From: Podarcis pityusensis
Taxonomy: Eukaryota
Length of the DNA: 64,000 bases
Reading direction: 5' to 3' (one strand)
NCBI GenBank assembly: GCA_964106645.2
Contig: OZ067045.1
Below are positions 37,301 through 49,700 of the stretch, piece after piece (position 1 is the stretch's first letter; each line of letters begins with the position of its first letter). Below the pieces are notes generated by a model. The model was not told the origin of the DNA and ran no database searches. It saw only the letters and a list, made by a program, of their open reading frames with translations. Made by a program: the position numbers and the translations under genes.

Positions 37301-37494
37301 GGGGAGGGGAGGTGCTTGCCATGAGTTGCCACCATTGCAGGGACCACGGTGGAAGCAAAGAGACCCCATCCCAGAGATCCCTCTTCCAGACAACAGCAAC
37401 AGTTCTGGAAAGAACTCTCAGCTCTACTGAACTATAGCAGAAAAGTAGACTTACCACAAGCCAGAACCAGTAGGAAGATTGTAACGTTCTTCAT
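34160..37494 (-). CDS. Secreted phospholipase A2, group II-type, complete 4-exon gene, 145 aa: join(37455..37494, 35970..36114, 34432..34538, 34160..34305) on -
   Basis: Spliced translation [145 protein letters not shown]; all introns GT-AG; 438 nt total; Ca2+ loop, His48/Asp49/Tyr52/Asp99 equivalents and 14 Cys present. Confidence 0.93.
34432..34538 (-). CDS. sPLA2 exon 3 (active site CCHSHDCCY)
   Basis: cgcag|G acceptor, G|gtgagt donor; ORF 34340..34591. Confidence 0.94.
35970..36114 (-). CDS. sPLA2 exon 2 (N-terminal helix and Ca2+-binding loop YGCHCGAG)
   Basis: tttcag|GA acceptor, AG|gtgagg donor; ORF 35966..36190. Confidence 0.93.
36330..36655 (-). mobile_element. Sauria SINE in sPLA2 intron 1, with a 35-bp flanking duplication
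   Basis: same family; direct repeat at 36295-36329 and 36656-36690. Confidence 0.9.
37455..37494 (-). CDS. sPLA2 exon 1 (signal peptide [13 protein letters not shown])
   Basis: ATG at 37494, G|gtaagt donor, hydrophobic core; TATA box about 90 nt upstream. Confidence 0.85.
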
Positions 37495-37583
37495 GGGTGC
37501 AGCTGAACGGAAGCAAGCCAAAGAGAGCCTTGTTTCGCTGTCAAAAAAAGGGCTCTGTGCAATCGCTTGGGTGTCTGTGTCAG

Positions 37584-37591
37584 TTTATATA
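37584..37591 (-). promoter_or_regulatory. TATA box (TATATAAA) of the sPLA2 gene
   Basis: plus-strand tttatata, about 90 nt upstream of the ATG on -. Confidence 0.6.
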
Positions 37592-38355
37592 AGCAAGACC
37601 AACTAGATATTTTGGGACAAATGATGTCCCCATCACCTCCGCCCCCAGTCCTGGCTCATAATAATTATACTCAAGGACCAGAGCAAAACAAGGTTAGGGA
37701 CCATAATTATCTAAGAAGTGGGATTAACAACATCAGGATATATATATAAGCGGTGGCAGTCTGAGGCTACATCCATACTATACATTTAAATCGCTATGAT
37801 ACCCCTTTAAGCACCCATAGCTTCCCACAAAGAATCATGGCACCTACAGCTTGTTAAGAGCGCTGAGAGCTGTTAAGAGACACCTCTTGCTATGCCCCTG
37901 GCAGAGCTAATATTTCCAGAGTTTTTGTGTGTGAAGATAGATTGGTTGTTAAACCACTCTGGAAACTGTGCATAAGAACACCAGAAGAGCCATACTGGAT
38001 CAAGCCAAAGGCCCATCTAAAATTTATTTATACATTAATCACATTTATATCTCACCTTTCCCCCCACCCCCAAGGACCTCAAGGCTCTCCCCTTCCTCAT
38101 TTAAATTCTACAACAACCCTGCAAGGTAGGTTAGGCTGGGAGGGACAGTGACAGGCCAAAGGCCACCCAGTGGAGAGCTTCAAGGCCGAGTGGAGGATTT
38201 GAACCCTGGTCTCCCAGGCCATAGTCTGACACTCTAACCACGGCACCACACCAGCTTTTGGTCCAGTATTCTATTCTCACAGCGATAGCACCATGTTGCA
38301 CTTACAGAAATAAATAAATGATGGATGCATGGCCCAGTACATCACAAGTACAATA

Positions 38356-38847
38356 CAGTGGTACCTCCGGTTAAGTACTTAATTTGTTCTGGAGGGCCGT
38401 ACTGTTCTTAACCTGAAGCACCACTTTAGCTAATGGGGCCTCCTGCTGCTGCCGTGCTGCCAAAGCATGATTTCTGTTCCCATCCTGAAGCAAAGTTCTT
38501 AACCTGAAGCACTATTTCTGGGCTAGCAGAGTCTGTAACCTGAAGCATATGTAACCTGAAGCATATGTAACCTGAGGTACCACAGTACAGTCATACCTCG
38601 AGTTGAATGCGCTTCGGGTTGAGCGCATTCGAGTTGCGCTCCGCGGCAACCTGGAAGTAATGGAGCACGTTACTTCTGGGTTTCGCCGCTCGCGCATGCG
38701 CAGACGCTCAAAATGATGTCACGCGCATGCGTGTTAGTGGCAAAACGCGACCCGCGCACGCACAGATGCGCCGTTGTGTCTTGCGTTTCGTTCGGGATGC
38801 GAACGGGGCTCCGGAACAGATCCCGTTCGCATCCCGAGGTACCACTG
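38356..38847. mobile_element. Two abutting Tc1/mariner-type MITEs (38356-38585 and 38588-38847) sharing a TA
   Basis: CAGTGGTACC/CAGTCATACC TIRs; TA target dinucleotides. Confidence 0.8.
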
Positions 38848-39001
38848 TATTCCTTCGTCGCTGACATGTGGCAGAATACATCCTCAAGATACCCCAGTCT
38901 CAAGCAGCCCTGAGCCCAGTTTAAAGATGAAGTATCATGAGAGGTTTTGACGTTGCCCATCGATAGGACCTGGGCAACAGATTGAACAAGTACACAGAAG
39001 A

Positions 39002-39545
39002 AATGATCCATAATGAATTGGAAAAAAATGTTTAAAAGTACCTTCCCCCCAAAAACCCAGAGTCCTTTTTGTTGGGGATAATTCAGACGGAAATTCTCAG
39101 GTGTCAAAAAAGGCTATTTATGTATGCCACTGCTGCGACCCATGTTTTGTTAGTCCAAAAATAGAAAATGAGCGAGGTCCCAACTAAAGAAGAATGGCAA
39201 CTTAAGCTGACGGAATATGCACAGCTTGCAGACTTAACATATAGAATAAGAGAACAAGAAGAACATACGTTTAGAGAAGATTGGAAAACGTTTATTGAAC
39301 ATATGGGGGGGAATTGTGTACGCTTGAAAACACTGGCAGCATTAAGATAAATTCAACAGTGTAAATAAGTTTTGATGAATGTAAAAATGGAATACTGAAT
39401 GGTTTAGTTTACCTATAATATGCAGGGATTTATGGTATGCAAAATGAACCATGGAAAGAGAAGAAGGGAAGTCATTGATGTTGTAAGGATGTTTAAATGA
39501 GCATTCAAAATTATAAAACAGAAAATCTAATAAAAATTATATATA
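39002..39545 (+). mobile_element. L1 3' fragment (ORF2 C-terminus plus 3' UTR)
   Basis: degenerate translation NELxKMFKxTFP..PESFLLGII...LFMYATAA...PTKEEWQLKLTEY, similar to the L1 at 11.3-12.8 kb; ends with AATAAA. Confidence 0.8.
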
Positions 39546-40285
39546 ATGAGCAAGTTAATTTCAGGTTCTGAATACCGCATGGAAAAGGGTAAGTTGATAA
39601 TAGGTTGCCTTCCTTTTCTATTTCAATCCACTGATGATGGCCGGGGTAAACAAATGAGGAGGCCATTGTGTATTTATCAGCTGAGATCATTGCTTTGTTT
39701 GTGGAAACATCTCTGAAAAGATGGCAGTTTTGGAAATGGGAAGGAAGCATTTAGCTGGAAGGAGGAATCTGAATCCTGTAGAAAAGGAGAACCGGGAGGT
39801 GCAGGGAGTCAGCAATGTATCCCAGTGGTAAATTAGGAACTCGAGAGGAGCTTTGCTGCCTCAGGCTGATGGTTCATCCATGGAGTTCCTGCTTCTGGGC
39901 TTCCCATTGAAACATCTGGTTTGGCCACTCTGAGAACAGGATGCTAGACTAGTTGGGCCAATGGCCTGATCCTGCGGTAGCCAGGCTCTCCTTATGTGAT
40001 GCTTGGGACCTGTTTTAGGGAGAAAGGAAAGACATCTGTCCACAAGTCTGCAATTTTTCTATTGGGCGAACCATATATATTTAGAACCGTGAAGGTGGCA
40101 CATTGTTCTTCCTGTAGGAACTGATGGGGGGGGGGTTGTGTGGAATGCTTAAGTAAGAACAGTATGCCAGGTCAAGGAGATTTGTGATTTCAAGTTCGTT
40201 TTAGGCTTTTTAGTCATTTAGCTTGCATATCAGTTTATTCAGATTTTTGTAACATTTATTTAAATGTTTCCATATATACAGTGTT

Positions 40286-40326
<41 letters not shown>

Positions 40327-40715
40327 TGTTGTTATCTTATGTGCAGGGGAAATTCATCATTTTAAGTTTATGTCGCAAACAGTTTTATTTGGGTCTGAGT
40401 TAACTTCCATTGATGCAATCCTTTGTTAATTGCCTACAATTAAACTTTTGTTTTGTGATGGTCTGATGACCAGATACAAATAAACCCAATCTGATGTCAT
40501 CTCTTCCACCCTGTAATAAGTGGCTGCACTTTATCTTTCCCCTATTCCACTGATGCAATTTTTTTTTTGGTGTGTGTGTGTGTGCTAATTTTAGCAACTG
40601 CGGTCACAGAGGTCACAGAAGTCGAGGTCAAACGCCAGAGGAGCAGTCACAGAGTCAGAGGAGAAGATGTTGCAATGTTGTGGACGATGCTCAGGAGCTA
40701 GAGCAATGGGGTTGC

Positions 40716-40717
<2 letters not shown>

Positions 40718-40762
<45 letters not shown>
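40718..40762. repeat. (CA)n microsatellite
   Basis: direct reading. Confidence 0.95.
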
Positions 40763-40766
<4 letters not shown>

Positions 40767-42028
40767 TCTACATCACTGTTATGTCGGCCAGCTGTTTCAA
40801 AGACTTAGCAATGCTACAGGAAAATATTAGCCAACGTTATTTATTTCTTCACAGCACCCCCACCCCTTTTCATTAGAAAACCTCTCAGAGAGGCTTTGCG
40901 AAAATCCCTTTCCTAACCTTTGCCCTCAGGTGCACAATTTCAAAAAGTCATGACGCATGAGGAAAGAAGGAAGAGGAGGGAAGAGGGAAAAGGAAAGTTC
41001 TTAAAGTTACAGCCAATGTCAGTAGCGATTCTGGTGGCTTTGTCCTTGATAAAGAGGACATCCTTTTCGCTCCCTCTTTATGCTAACTTCCTCTTTCTTT
41101 CTTTCCTTCCTTCCTTCCTTCCTTCCTTCCTTCCTTCCTTCTTTCTTGCTTTCTTGCTTTCTCTCTCTCTCTCTCTCTCCAACCCTCTTTATCCAGATTC
41201 CCCACTATGTGCCAACCACATGCAAATAAGGCAAGGGCTGCCTGAAATCAAGCTGAGGGCCATATGTAGGCTTAGAGCTGCAGCTTCTAGCCTGGGTACA
41301 TCTGTCCCCAACTTCTCAGGGTTTAGCTTCACAGGGTCAAGTGGAAGGGAATACCAACAACTCATGTTTGCGACATTTCCGGAAGGTGTCCTTCGAACCC
41401 TTCCAAAAGGCAAACGAGGAACAGCGATTCGGTCTGTTCCGGAAAACTGGGCCTGTCTCTGGTTCACAGGCGTTGGGTGGTTGTTGTTTTCTGATGCTGC
41501 TGTTGCCTCATTGATTGTCTTCCCAAGAAGTGCTTTCGACTCTGCTGTGTCATGATGTACGTGCAAGATCCAGTTTGGGCTCGCTCGATGGTGATTTATG
41601 CAGGCTCGAAATTGGTCATGTGTTTAAGCCAAAATGCAGGATGGGCTGATGGGGATCGGCCGGGGATCCTAACCGTAGCTCCACCAACAACACCTAGCCC
41701 TTCAGAAATCTGGTTGCTTCCCAAATGCCCAACTCCTTCCTGGTTCTATAACATTCCTGAACTCTGCTGAGCAGATGGGTCAAGGGTAGGGAATGGAGGA
41801 GAAGTTTGATTTGGTTGGGGCTATGCTCAGTGGTAGAACTTTCTTGCACACACAAGGTCCCAGGTGCGATCCCTGTCATCTCCAGGTTGAACGAGAGAGA
41901 CCTCCTGCAAGTCAGTGACCAATTGGTCTTGGCCAATTGGTCTTGACTCCCAGTATAAGGCAGCTGCTTATATTCCTATGTCTTTAGCGATTGCCCATAA
42001 CTCAGTGGCCAGAGAATCTGGTTTGTAT

Positions 42029-42507
42029 TGTTATAGATCGGGGGGGGGGGGGGAATCCCCCTGAACCCTAGAAATTAATAAATACCAGGGTTTTGATTAA
42101 TTGGGATATGGATTAAAGTGCAGACCGGTGCCAGATGGGGAATTCTGGGAATTCCTGGGCTGGGTTATGCAAACCAGCCTGGCTGGCTGAGTGAAGAGCA
42201 AGCCTGTTAACATGAGAAAACGTGTTGATGGGCCATTGGGCAGGGAGACTGAAATATACTCGGAGTCGAGAGTGGATTTCATGCTCTTTATTCAGCTCAT
42301 GGTGGTGAGGAGGAATGGAAGTTCCCCCAGAATGTCTGCTTTATATACATTATTTACACAATGGGCCCCACGTGATTGGCTAATTCCAGGATTCTCCTGT
42401 AGGCCAATCAGGTTGCGGATTCACTTCCACCTGGAGATGGATTGGGTGGCTCCTGTGGACCAATCAGACTGCTGCATTTTGGATCCTATTCAACTCAGTA
42501 CATAACA
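42029..42507 (-). mobile_element. Solo LTR-like element
   Basis: TGTTAT...ATAACA termini; CCAAT boxes, TATATAAA then AATAAA in order on -; no clean TSD seen. Confidence 0.6.
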
Positions 42508-42979
42508 GAGATGTTACCAAGGTGTATGTTTGAGGGGATAGGAAAAGGGTTTATTGGAAGAAGAAGGAAGAGGAAGAGCTGAGATCCATCTTGGGCAGGC
42601 AGGGAGAAGGGTGCCTGCGCTGGTGCCTTTTGAAATGACCATGCCGTAAAATCTGGACTCACTCCATGCAGACCAAAGGTGTAAAAAGGTGAAGAAACCA
42701 TATTTCTTAAAGCACGGCAGTCTCCGCCAAATCTTCCGTTGTCCAAAGGGACACAGACCCTGTGGGCTCTTGCCACCACTTGGCAGAGGGAGGGGCAGGC
42801 ACCAGAATTTTATAACAGTATGCAGGCCCTGGGTTCAGTCCCCAGGCAGGGCTGAAAGAGTCTCCTGTGTGATACCTTGGAGAGCTGCTGCCAGTCAGTG
42901 TAGACAATACTGAAGTAGGTGGAACAAAGGTCTGACTTGGTGTAAAATAGTTTCCTACCACCCTTGTCCCTTAACCATA

Positions 42980-43295
42980 GGTAAAGGTAAGGGGACCCCT
43001 GACAGTTAGGTCCAGTCGCGAACGACTCTGGGGTTGCGACGCTCATCTCACTTTACTGGTTGAGGGAGCCGGTGTACAGCTTCTGGGTCATGTGGCCAGC
43101 ATGACTAAGCCACTTCTGCCGAACCAGAGCAGCGCATGGAAACACCGTTTAACTTCCCACCAGAGCGGTACCTATTTATCTACTTGCACTTTGATGTGCT
43201 TTCGAACTCACCCCGTCACGGGGATTCGAACCGCCGACCTTCTGATCGGCAAGCCCTAGGCTCTGTGGTTTAGACCACAGCGCCACCTGCATCCC
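42980..43295 (-). mobile_element. Sauria SINE (internal deletion)
   Basis: same family; TSD CCCTTAACCATAG. Confidence 0.88.
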
Positions 43296-45050
43296 ACCCT
43301 TAACCATAGCCCAGTGGTAAACCAGCTTCCTGTGTTCCTATATAAGGCAACTGATTCCGTTGGCGTTGTCTAGCCACTCTACAAGATTTCTCGTAAGTTC
43401 CTATACAGCTCAGGGCGACAGGCCTTCCCTTTTGACCTGCAGCTGCTCCCTTTTGCCAATCCCTTTTCAATTTCTCCACCACCCTTCCCCAAGTATTGGC
43501 AAGGCAGCTCATCGTCAGCTCGTCCCAAACCTGCTCTTCCCGGCTCCTGCAAGACTCGGCGGTTCTGCAACGCTAGAAACTCATGGAACGCTTTGCTGAC
43601 TCCTCTTGCAGCCAGCTCATATCTACGGGTGCCTTTGGCTCCCTAACGGGGACAGTAAATTACAGCCTTGCACAATGTGTGGTTGTGCAACCCTTTGGGA
43701 AAAAATAAATAAAAGAACAAGGTGACCCATATTTAGCTTCTCTTGTGGCCTAATCCAGAGATCTTTGAAAGCTGAACCTCCGCAGAAACAGGTGCATGAA
43801 AGGGGTAAGCCAATTGGTCCATTGCAGTCTCTGTCCATTTCTCCTTTTTCCACAATTTTTAACTTCACTACGCCACATTGCCACATCAGTTCTCAATCAC
43901 GACTCAGAAAGAGTTTGCTGTTAGCATAGCTAGGGGAAGGGCAGGTTTCAGTTTTTCATTTTTTCCCCAAATTTAAGTATAGTTCTCCAGATGTCCACGT
44001 CAGCTTGTGATGTTTCCTCCCAGTCTTCATGAAAATTAATCAGGTTACCTCCTTAATACGCACATTTTTGTAATGCAATTTCCCCTAAAATGCAGATTTT
44101 TTTTTGCCAAGCGATTCCCCTTATTATAATGCATCTGAGTGCATTATTTTCACTAATGTTGTATGTGCGTTTATAATGGAGAAATTACCACAGTATATGC
44201 ATTGTTGTATGCATTACTCTGCTGGACACAGAGAAGTGCAAATTTCAAAGGACCATTGGGGTGTATGGGGTCTGACGGATTGAGCAGATGAGACTAATGG
44301 TCAAAAAGGCGGTTTCTGCATGTGCTGGAGAGGAAAGTGAGGGGCAGATGGGGCTTGTCAACCTGGGAAGGGAGCCCATCTAGGAGGAGGAAAACTCTCA
44401 TCCTGAACCTCTGCTGCCTTGCAGGATATCTTTGGTAGAAGAAAAGGCTAAGGAGGAAACCCTACACAAATCTGGAGTGGAGTCCCTAAGCTGGTTGGTG
44501 TCTTGCATGCCTTCTTCCAGCAGCTCCTGCAGCCAAGCTGGTACCAAATGTATTGCTCTGCTTTCCTTTGGACCACAACAGCAAGACGGAGAGGGTGGCC
44601 TTGTCATCTGGGCAGCCCAGGACCTCCACACACACTGCCCAGGCTTGTGTCCTAGGAAGGTCAGCTTGGTGCTGCAAACTTTGACTTTGCCCACCGAGGC
44701 TCACTCCACTGTCTCTCGAGACAGATGGATAAGAAAAGCATCAGCAGCAGTGTTTGTCTGTGCACTGCTTTGGGAAGAAAGAATTGATAGCTCAGGGTGA
44801 TGGGTCTTCTCTTTGGAGCGGCAGCTCCTTTTTTTTCAAATCCAGTTTCAACCTCTCCACCACCTGCCTTTCCAAAGCTCTGTCAACGCAGCTCATTGTT
44901 GGCTTGGACCAAACCAGCTCTTCTAGGCTCCAACGAGACCGGATGCTTCTGTAGCGTTTGAACTCAGGCAGTATGAGGTTCTAAAGACAAACTGAATCAC
45001 ATTTCTTCCTCTAGCCTTAGGTGGTATCCAACAATAGTGATATTCAGAGT

Positions 45051-45399
45051 AAAGGTAAAGGGACCCCTGACCATTAGGTCCAGTCGTGACCGACTCTGGG
45101 GTTGCAGCACTCATCTCACTTTACTGGCCGAGGGAGCCGGCATACAGCTTCCGGGTCATGTGGCCAGCATGACTAACCGCTTCTGGCAAACTAGAGCCGT
45201 GCACGGAAATGCCATTTACCTTCCCGCAGGAGCGGTACCTATTTATCTACTTGCACTTGATGTGCTTTCGAACTGCTAGGTTGGCAGGAGCTGGGACCAA
45301 GCAACGGGAACTCACCCTGTTGTGGGGATTCGAACCACTGACCTTCTGATCGGCAAGTCCTAGGCTCTGTGGTTTAACCCACAGCACCACCCGCGTCCC
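45051..45399 (-). mobile_element. Sauria SINE
   Basis: same family; TSD ATATTCAGAGTA. Confidence 0.9.
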
Positions 45400-45696
45400 T
45401 TCAATATTCAGAGTAGACCCACTGAAATGACTAACTTGGTTCCAATGCATCTCCTCTGAGTAGGAAGTTGAATGCAGCCTTAGAATGCTACAATGCAGCT
45501 CCCATCAATTCTGATTCCATTGGCCATGATGGCTGAGGATGATGGGAAATGGAGTCCAACAACATCTGGAAGGCCATAGGTTTCCTATTCATGATGTAGA
45601 CAATGCTCAATTAGGTGGACACATAGTCTGGCCTGTCATTGGATTCTACTCAATATTGATCAGGATTCCAATGCATAGTTAGCAGAGCAACAACTT

Positions 45697-46196
45697 AAAC
45701 ACGTTGCAGAATTCCCCAAAAATAGACCAGAGGCAATTAATATTTCATCCAGCAGAGCTTTACTGCTACTGAAGGCAAATGAGCATAATGGTCACAAATC
45801 CAATACATTCAAGATTGGCACTGTCCATAACAAATCCAGTTGCAGCAGACTTAACTTAAACTTACAATAACTTATAATAAATCTAAATCTTAACAGTATA
45901 TACAGAACACCACATCAGAAGGAAGAGCTATAGGAAGAGAAAGTGGAACCCCAGGCTCCTTCTGGCCTGACTACTATAGTCAGCATGACCTTGACAGAAA
46001 GAGGTCAGAGAACCAGTTTAAGCCAGCTGAACTCAGCTTCTCTGAAGGAACAACCCAAACATCATGAACCTTCTGTTTCTTTCTTTCACACAGAGAAGCT
46101 TCCAGAAGCTTCCAGAACCCTCTTGAATTAAGTAGAATAGGAAAGATCTCTACACATCAGATCAATATTTTCTGTACTAAGAAATGCAAACTAACA
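45697..46196 (-). mobile_element. Solo LTR-like repeat (copy 1)
   Basis: TGTTAG start on -; reverse-complement homolog at 60390-60825. Confidence 0.6.
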
Positions 46197-46456
46197 TGGC
46201 CTGGTCCCATATGGACTGAGGTGGTGAGAAATGTCTCTTTAACTCTCTACCCCCTATGTTAATCACATGCAAAAGAAGAGTCTTGGTGGATGAGGTCAAA
46301 AAGCCCATATTCATTTCAATGGGTCTACTCTAACTTAGTTGACACAGCCCTAAGAAATGTTCTCCTGGCATGAGGGATGGGGGTGGGTTTGGTTTTCCCA
46401 CTTTTTCTACTTGATTTGTGCTTCCCATAACAATATGCAAACTGAAACAGTGCCCT

Positions 46457-46751
46457 AAAGGTAAAGGTACCCCTGACCGTTACGTCCAGTCGCGGACAAC
46501 TCTGGGGTTGCAGCGCTCATCTCGGTTTATTGGCCAAGGGAGCCGGCGTACAGCTTCCGGGTCATGTGGCCAGTATGACTAAGCCGCTTCTGGCGAACCA
46601 GAGCAGCACACGGAAACACCGTTTACCTTCCTGCCGGAGTGGTACCTATTTATCTACTTGCACTTTGACGTGCTTTCAAACTGCTAGGTTGGCAGGAGCA
46701 GGGACCGAGCAACGGGAGCTCACCCCGTTGCGGGGATTTGAACTGCCAACA
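46457..46751 (-). mobile_element. Sauria SINE, 5'-truncated
   Basis: same family sequence. Confidence 0.87.
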
Positions 46752-49700
46752 TTTTGGCAAACATTTTGCAGTTCTCCAACCAATGTACAAAAGAGTGTTA
46801 CTGAGATGCATGTGTTAGTGAAAATAACATGCAAATGTGTGTTATCCTCAGAAAAAAATGCATGCAGAAATTTGTGTGCCTGGCAAAATTACGGGTATGT
46901 ACAAAAACATGTGTATGAGTTGAAATCCTTACTAGAATCCTAACTGATTTTCAAGATTATTATTATTTAAAAAAATAAATAAATCACAAACTGATGCATG
47001 AAGGAGAACTGAATTGAAGGTTGACTGAAGGAGAAATGGAGAGAAACCAAAACTGACAGGATGACAGGAACTGGGGCAGTGAACATCAGTTGCTGTGGTT
47101 TCCCATTGGTGTCTGACATATTCTGATGTATTTTGCTAGTTTATGATCAAAGTAGTAGTATTTGGTTACCTTGCTTTTTTAGAGGAAGGGGGGATCTGAA
47201 GCTTTTGTAACCACCCCAGTAACATCGAGAGCAAGCCTTGAGTGGCAAGAATTCCACTCCTACCCAGTGATGTGAAAGAAATTTTGCTTAGCATACACTC
47301 CCAGGAATGCTGCGTCACCTTCCTGAATGGATAAATAAAACAAGCTCAGTTGATTCCCGCCAATAGAGGGCAGTAGAGGCCATCTGGAGCCTGTCTTCAT
47401 GTAGGCTGTAGCTATTGACATACCAGTTTACGATTTGCTCCTATGGAGCTGCCTTAGGCTGAGTCAGGCTACTCGTCTCTCTTGCCCAGCATTGCTTATC
47501 CTCTGAGGTTATTCCCAAAGCTGCAATCCTTGCACCCACCTCATTTCAGCCAGAGAAAGCAAGGATTGGATCTTGCCAAGCGTGTGCTCTGTCACTGAGT
47601 TATGGCTAATCTCCACCAACACACCCATGAGCTGGGGGCAATTCCTCCATGCTCAAACCACAGGCGAGTCACATGACTTGTCAGCCTGGCTGGGTGAGCT
47701 GATTTTGATCAGCATGGCTGTGCTGAATTTCTTCCCACTTGGGTGGGGCTGAGCCCTCATCCACACTATCTTCCCTATATACATAAAAATGTAAGGTGGT
47801 CATCACGCAGCCCCCATTGGAGGATTTGTAGTGCCTCATCTGAATGCCTCCACTTGAGGAGAGTCCATCCCTTCCCAAGGCAGACTGTTCTACTGTCAAA
47901 ACAGCCTGTACTGTTAGGAAGTGTGTCTCCTGAGTTTGAGCCTGATTCTGCTTCCGTCTCATGGAGGAGAAGGCTACCACTGCTTACCAGCTGAGTGCTG
48001 ATGTGCTCAGCTCCTGCTTGAAGGTTTTCCAGTGGTTGGCCACTGTGACAACAGGGTGCTGGACTAGACAGGCCATTGGCCTGATCCAGTAGCCAGACTT
48101 ATTCTGTTCTTAAATCTAAGCAACAGCATAGGTGTTGGTAAGCCCTTCTAGCCTGGGTTTCACTGACAATTACCTGGAATTAGCAGCTGTCAGCAGTGTC
48201 TGATGACCAATTAAGTCCAATTCACTGTTATCTGAAGTATGGGATGAATGCAATGCAGTTAATCAGTTAATCTCCTAACTCATCGCCACCCATTTATAAT
48301 ATCATTTATTCACCACCCACTTCCATCTGACAGATGTCCCACCTACTTACTAGTCTTTCCCTGTGACTTTCAGCTTCCCTTTCCAGTTAACATAACAACC
48401 AAGAAGTTTCCTTCCCTCCTCCAAACACAACCACTCAACCTTGGCTCAAGCTGGTATTTTGAGCTTTGAGTGAGGGGAACCTGCGGAACCTAAGAAGTGC
48501 TCTGCTGGGTCTGGCCAATGGCCTGTCTAGTCCAGCATCCGGTTCTGACAGTAGCCAATCAGATGCCTCCAGGAAACTGGTGGCCAGGTGTCAGGTGGCA
48601 GAGGAAGCAACTCCCATGGCCGGTTCCCAGGGACATATAAGACAAGGAAAAGTTCTTACCATCTGCTTTTTATTCAATATTTACAGAATGCAGCCTGTTG
48701 GAATAATGACATTGTCCCGAGTGAAAACTGCCCTCTGCCTTTGAGCTCTTTGCTCTCCTACTTTCAAGGCTCGCCGGGTTCTGGGAGAGAAGGGGGTGGG
48801 TCTGGAATGATTTCTAAAGACACTGTGTCCATCAGCTGTCACCCCCTGGTGAGTCCTCCTCCTCCTCCTCCTCTCCCATTATTTCCCAGCTTTCCACCTC
48901 ATCCGCCTCTGAGCTGAGACCTCCCTCAATCCCCTGTTGTAGTTCTGAACTGTCTTCTTCTTCTCTGGAAGGGTCACGCTTGGGGAGGGAGTCTCCACCA
49001 TTCCTCCTCTGCCCAGTCCCTGACAGCAGGGCATGAAGGCAACAGGCCTCCCTCTCTATTACTCACAAGAACACAAGAAGGCCCATCTAGTCCAGCTCAA
49101 TGTTCTCTCATGCGTCTGGGAAGCCACAACTCTCTTTAGTGTCCTTCCCATGTGCCTTCTCCAGAGTGACCCTAGGAGCCGATCCTCAGTGGCTGACTCA
49201 CCTGATTGGTTCCAACCAGCAGAAAGGTGAGAAGGCCTCTTCTCAGTTGATAGAAAGCTCCCCTTTCCTGCTGATTGGTTGGCTTTAGGAAACTGGAAAC
49301 AGGGACCAGGCCACAGAAATCACAATGGGTCCTCAGCCCCTAGACTACTGCACCTCTGCCTTCCATTCTCAATGGGCACCAGCCACCTACTAGATACCTC
49401 TGTACCTTCAGTGGTGAGAAGAAGCTGGGTTTCCACCATGACTGTTTAACCCACTGTGAGTCATCTGCTCACAGGATGACTGCCATTGCCATAACCTTGG
49501 CTGCATCAAGCCTGTCAATCGGCAGGTTGGGGGTATGTCATAATTTGGGGAAGCCCAATATCCTCCCCTTTCATTGAGGTGTTCCTTTGACAACATTCCT
49601 GCAGGCTTTCACACTTACTTATATAAGCCTGGTAATTGGAATGGCTTTGGTTTGTGGGGGTGGACAAGGGATGAGTGAATTCAGTCGCCTGTTAAATACT

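Noticed and set aside
40920-41555. 211-aa ORF with a hydrophobic stretch
   Set aside because: The stretch is translated (TTCC)n/(CT)n microsatellite
41812-41890. tRNA-like sequence (also near 17.5, 24.4, 25.8-26.0 and 34.9 kb)
   Set aside because: Degenerate tRNA-derived SINE heads; stems broken and followed by SINE body
44340-44420. Hairpin-rich segment in a probable retroelement 5' region, considered as an HDV-like ribozyme
   Set aside because: Could not build the nested double pseudoknot or locate the catalytic C
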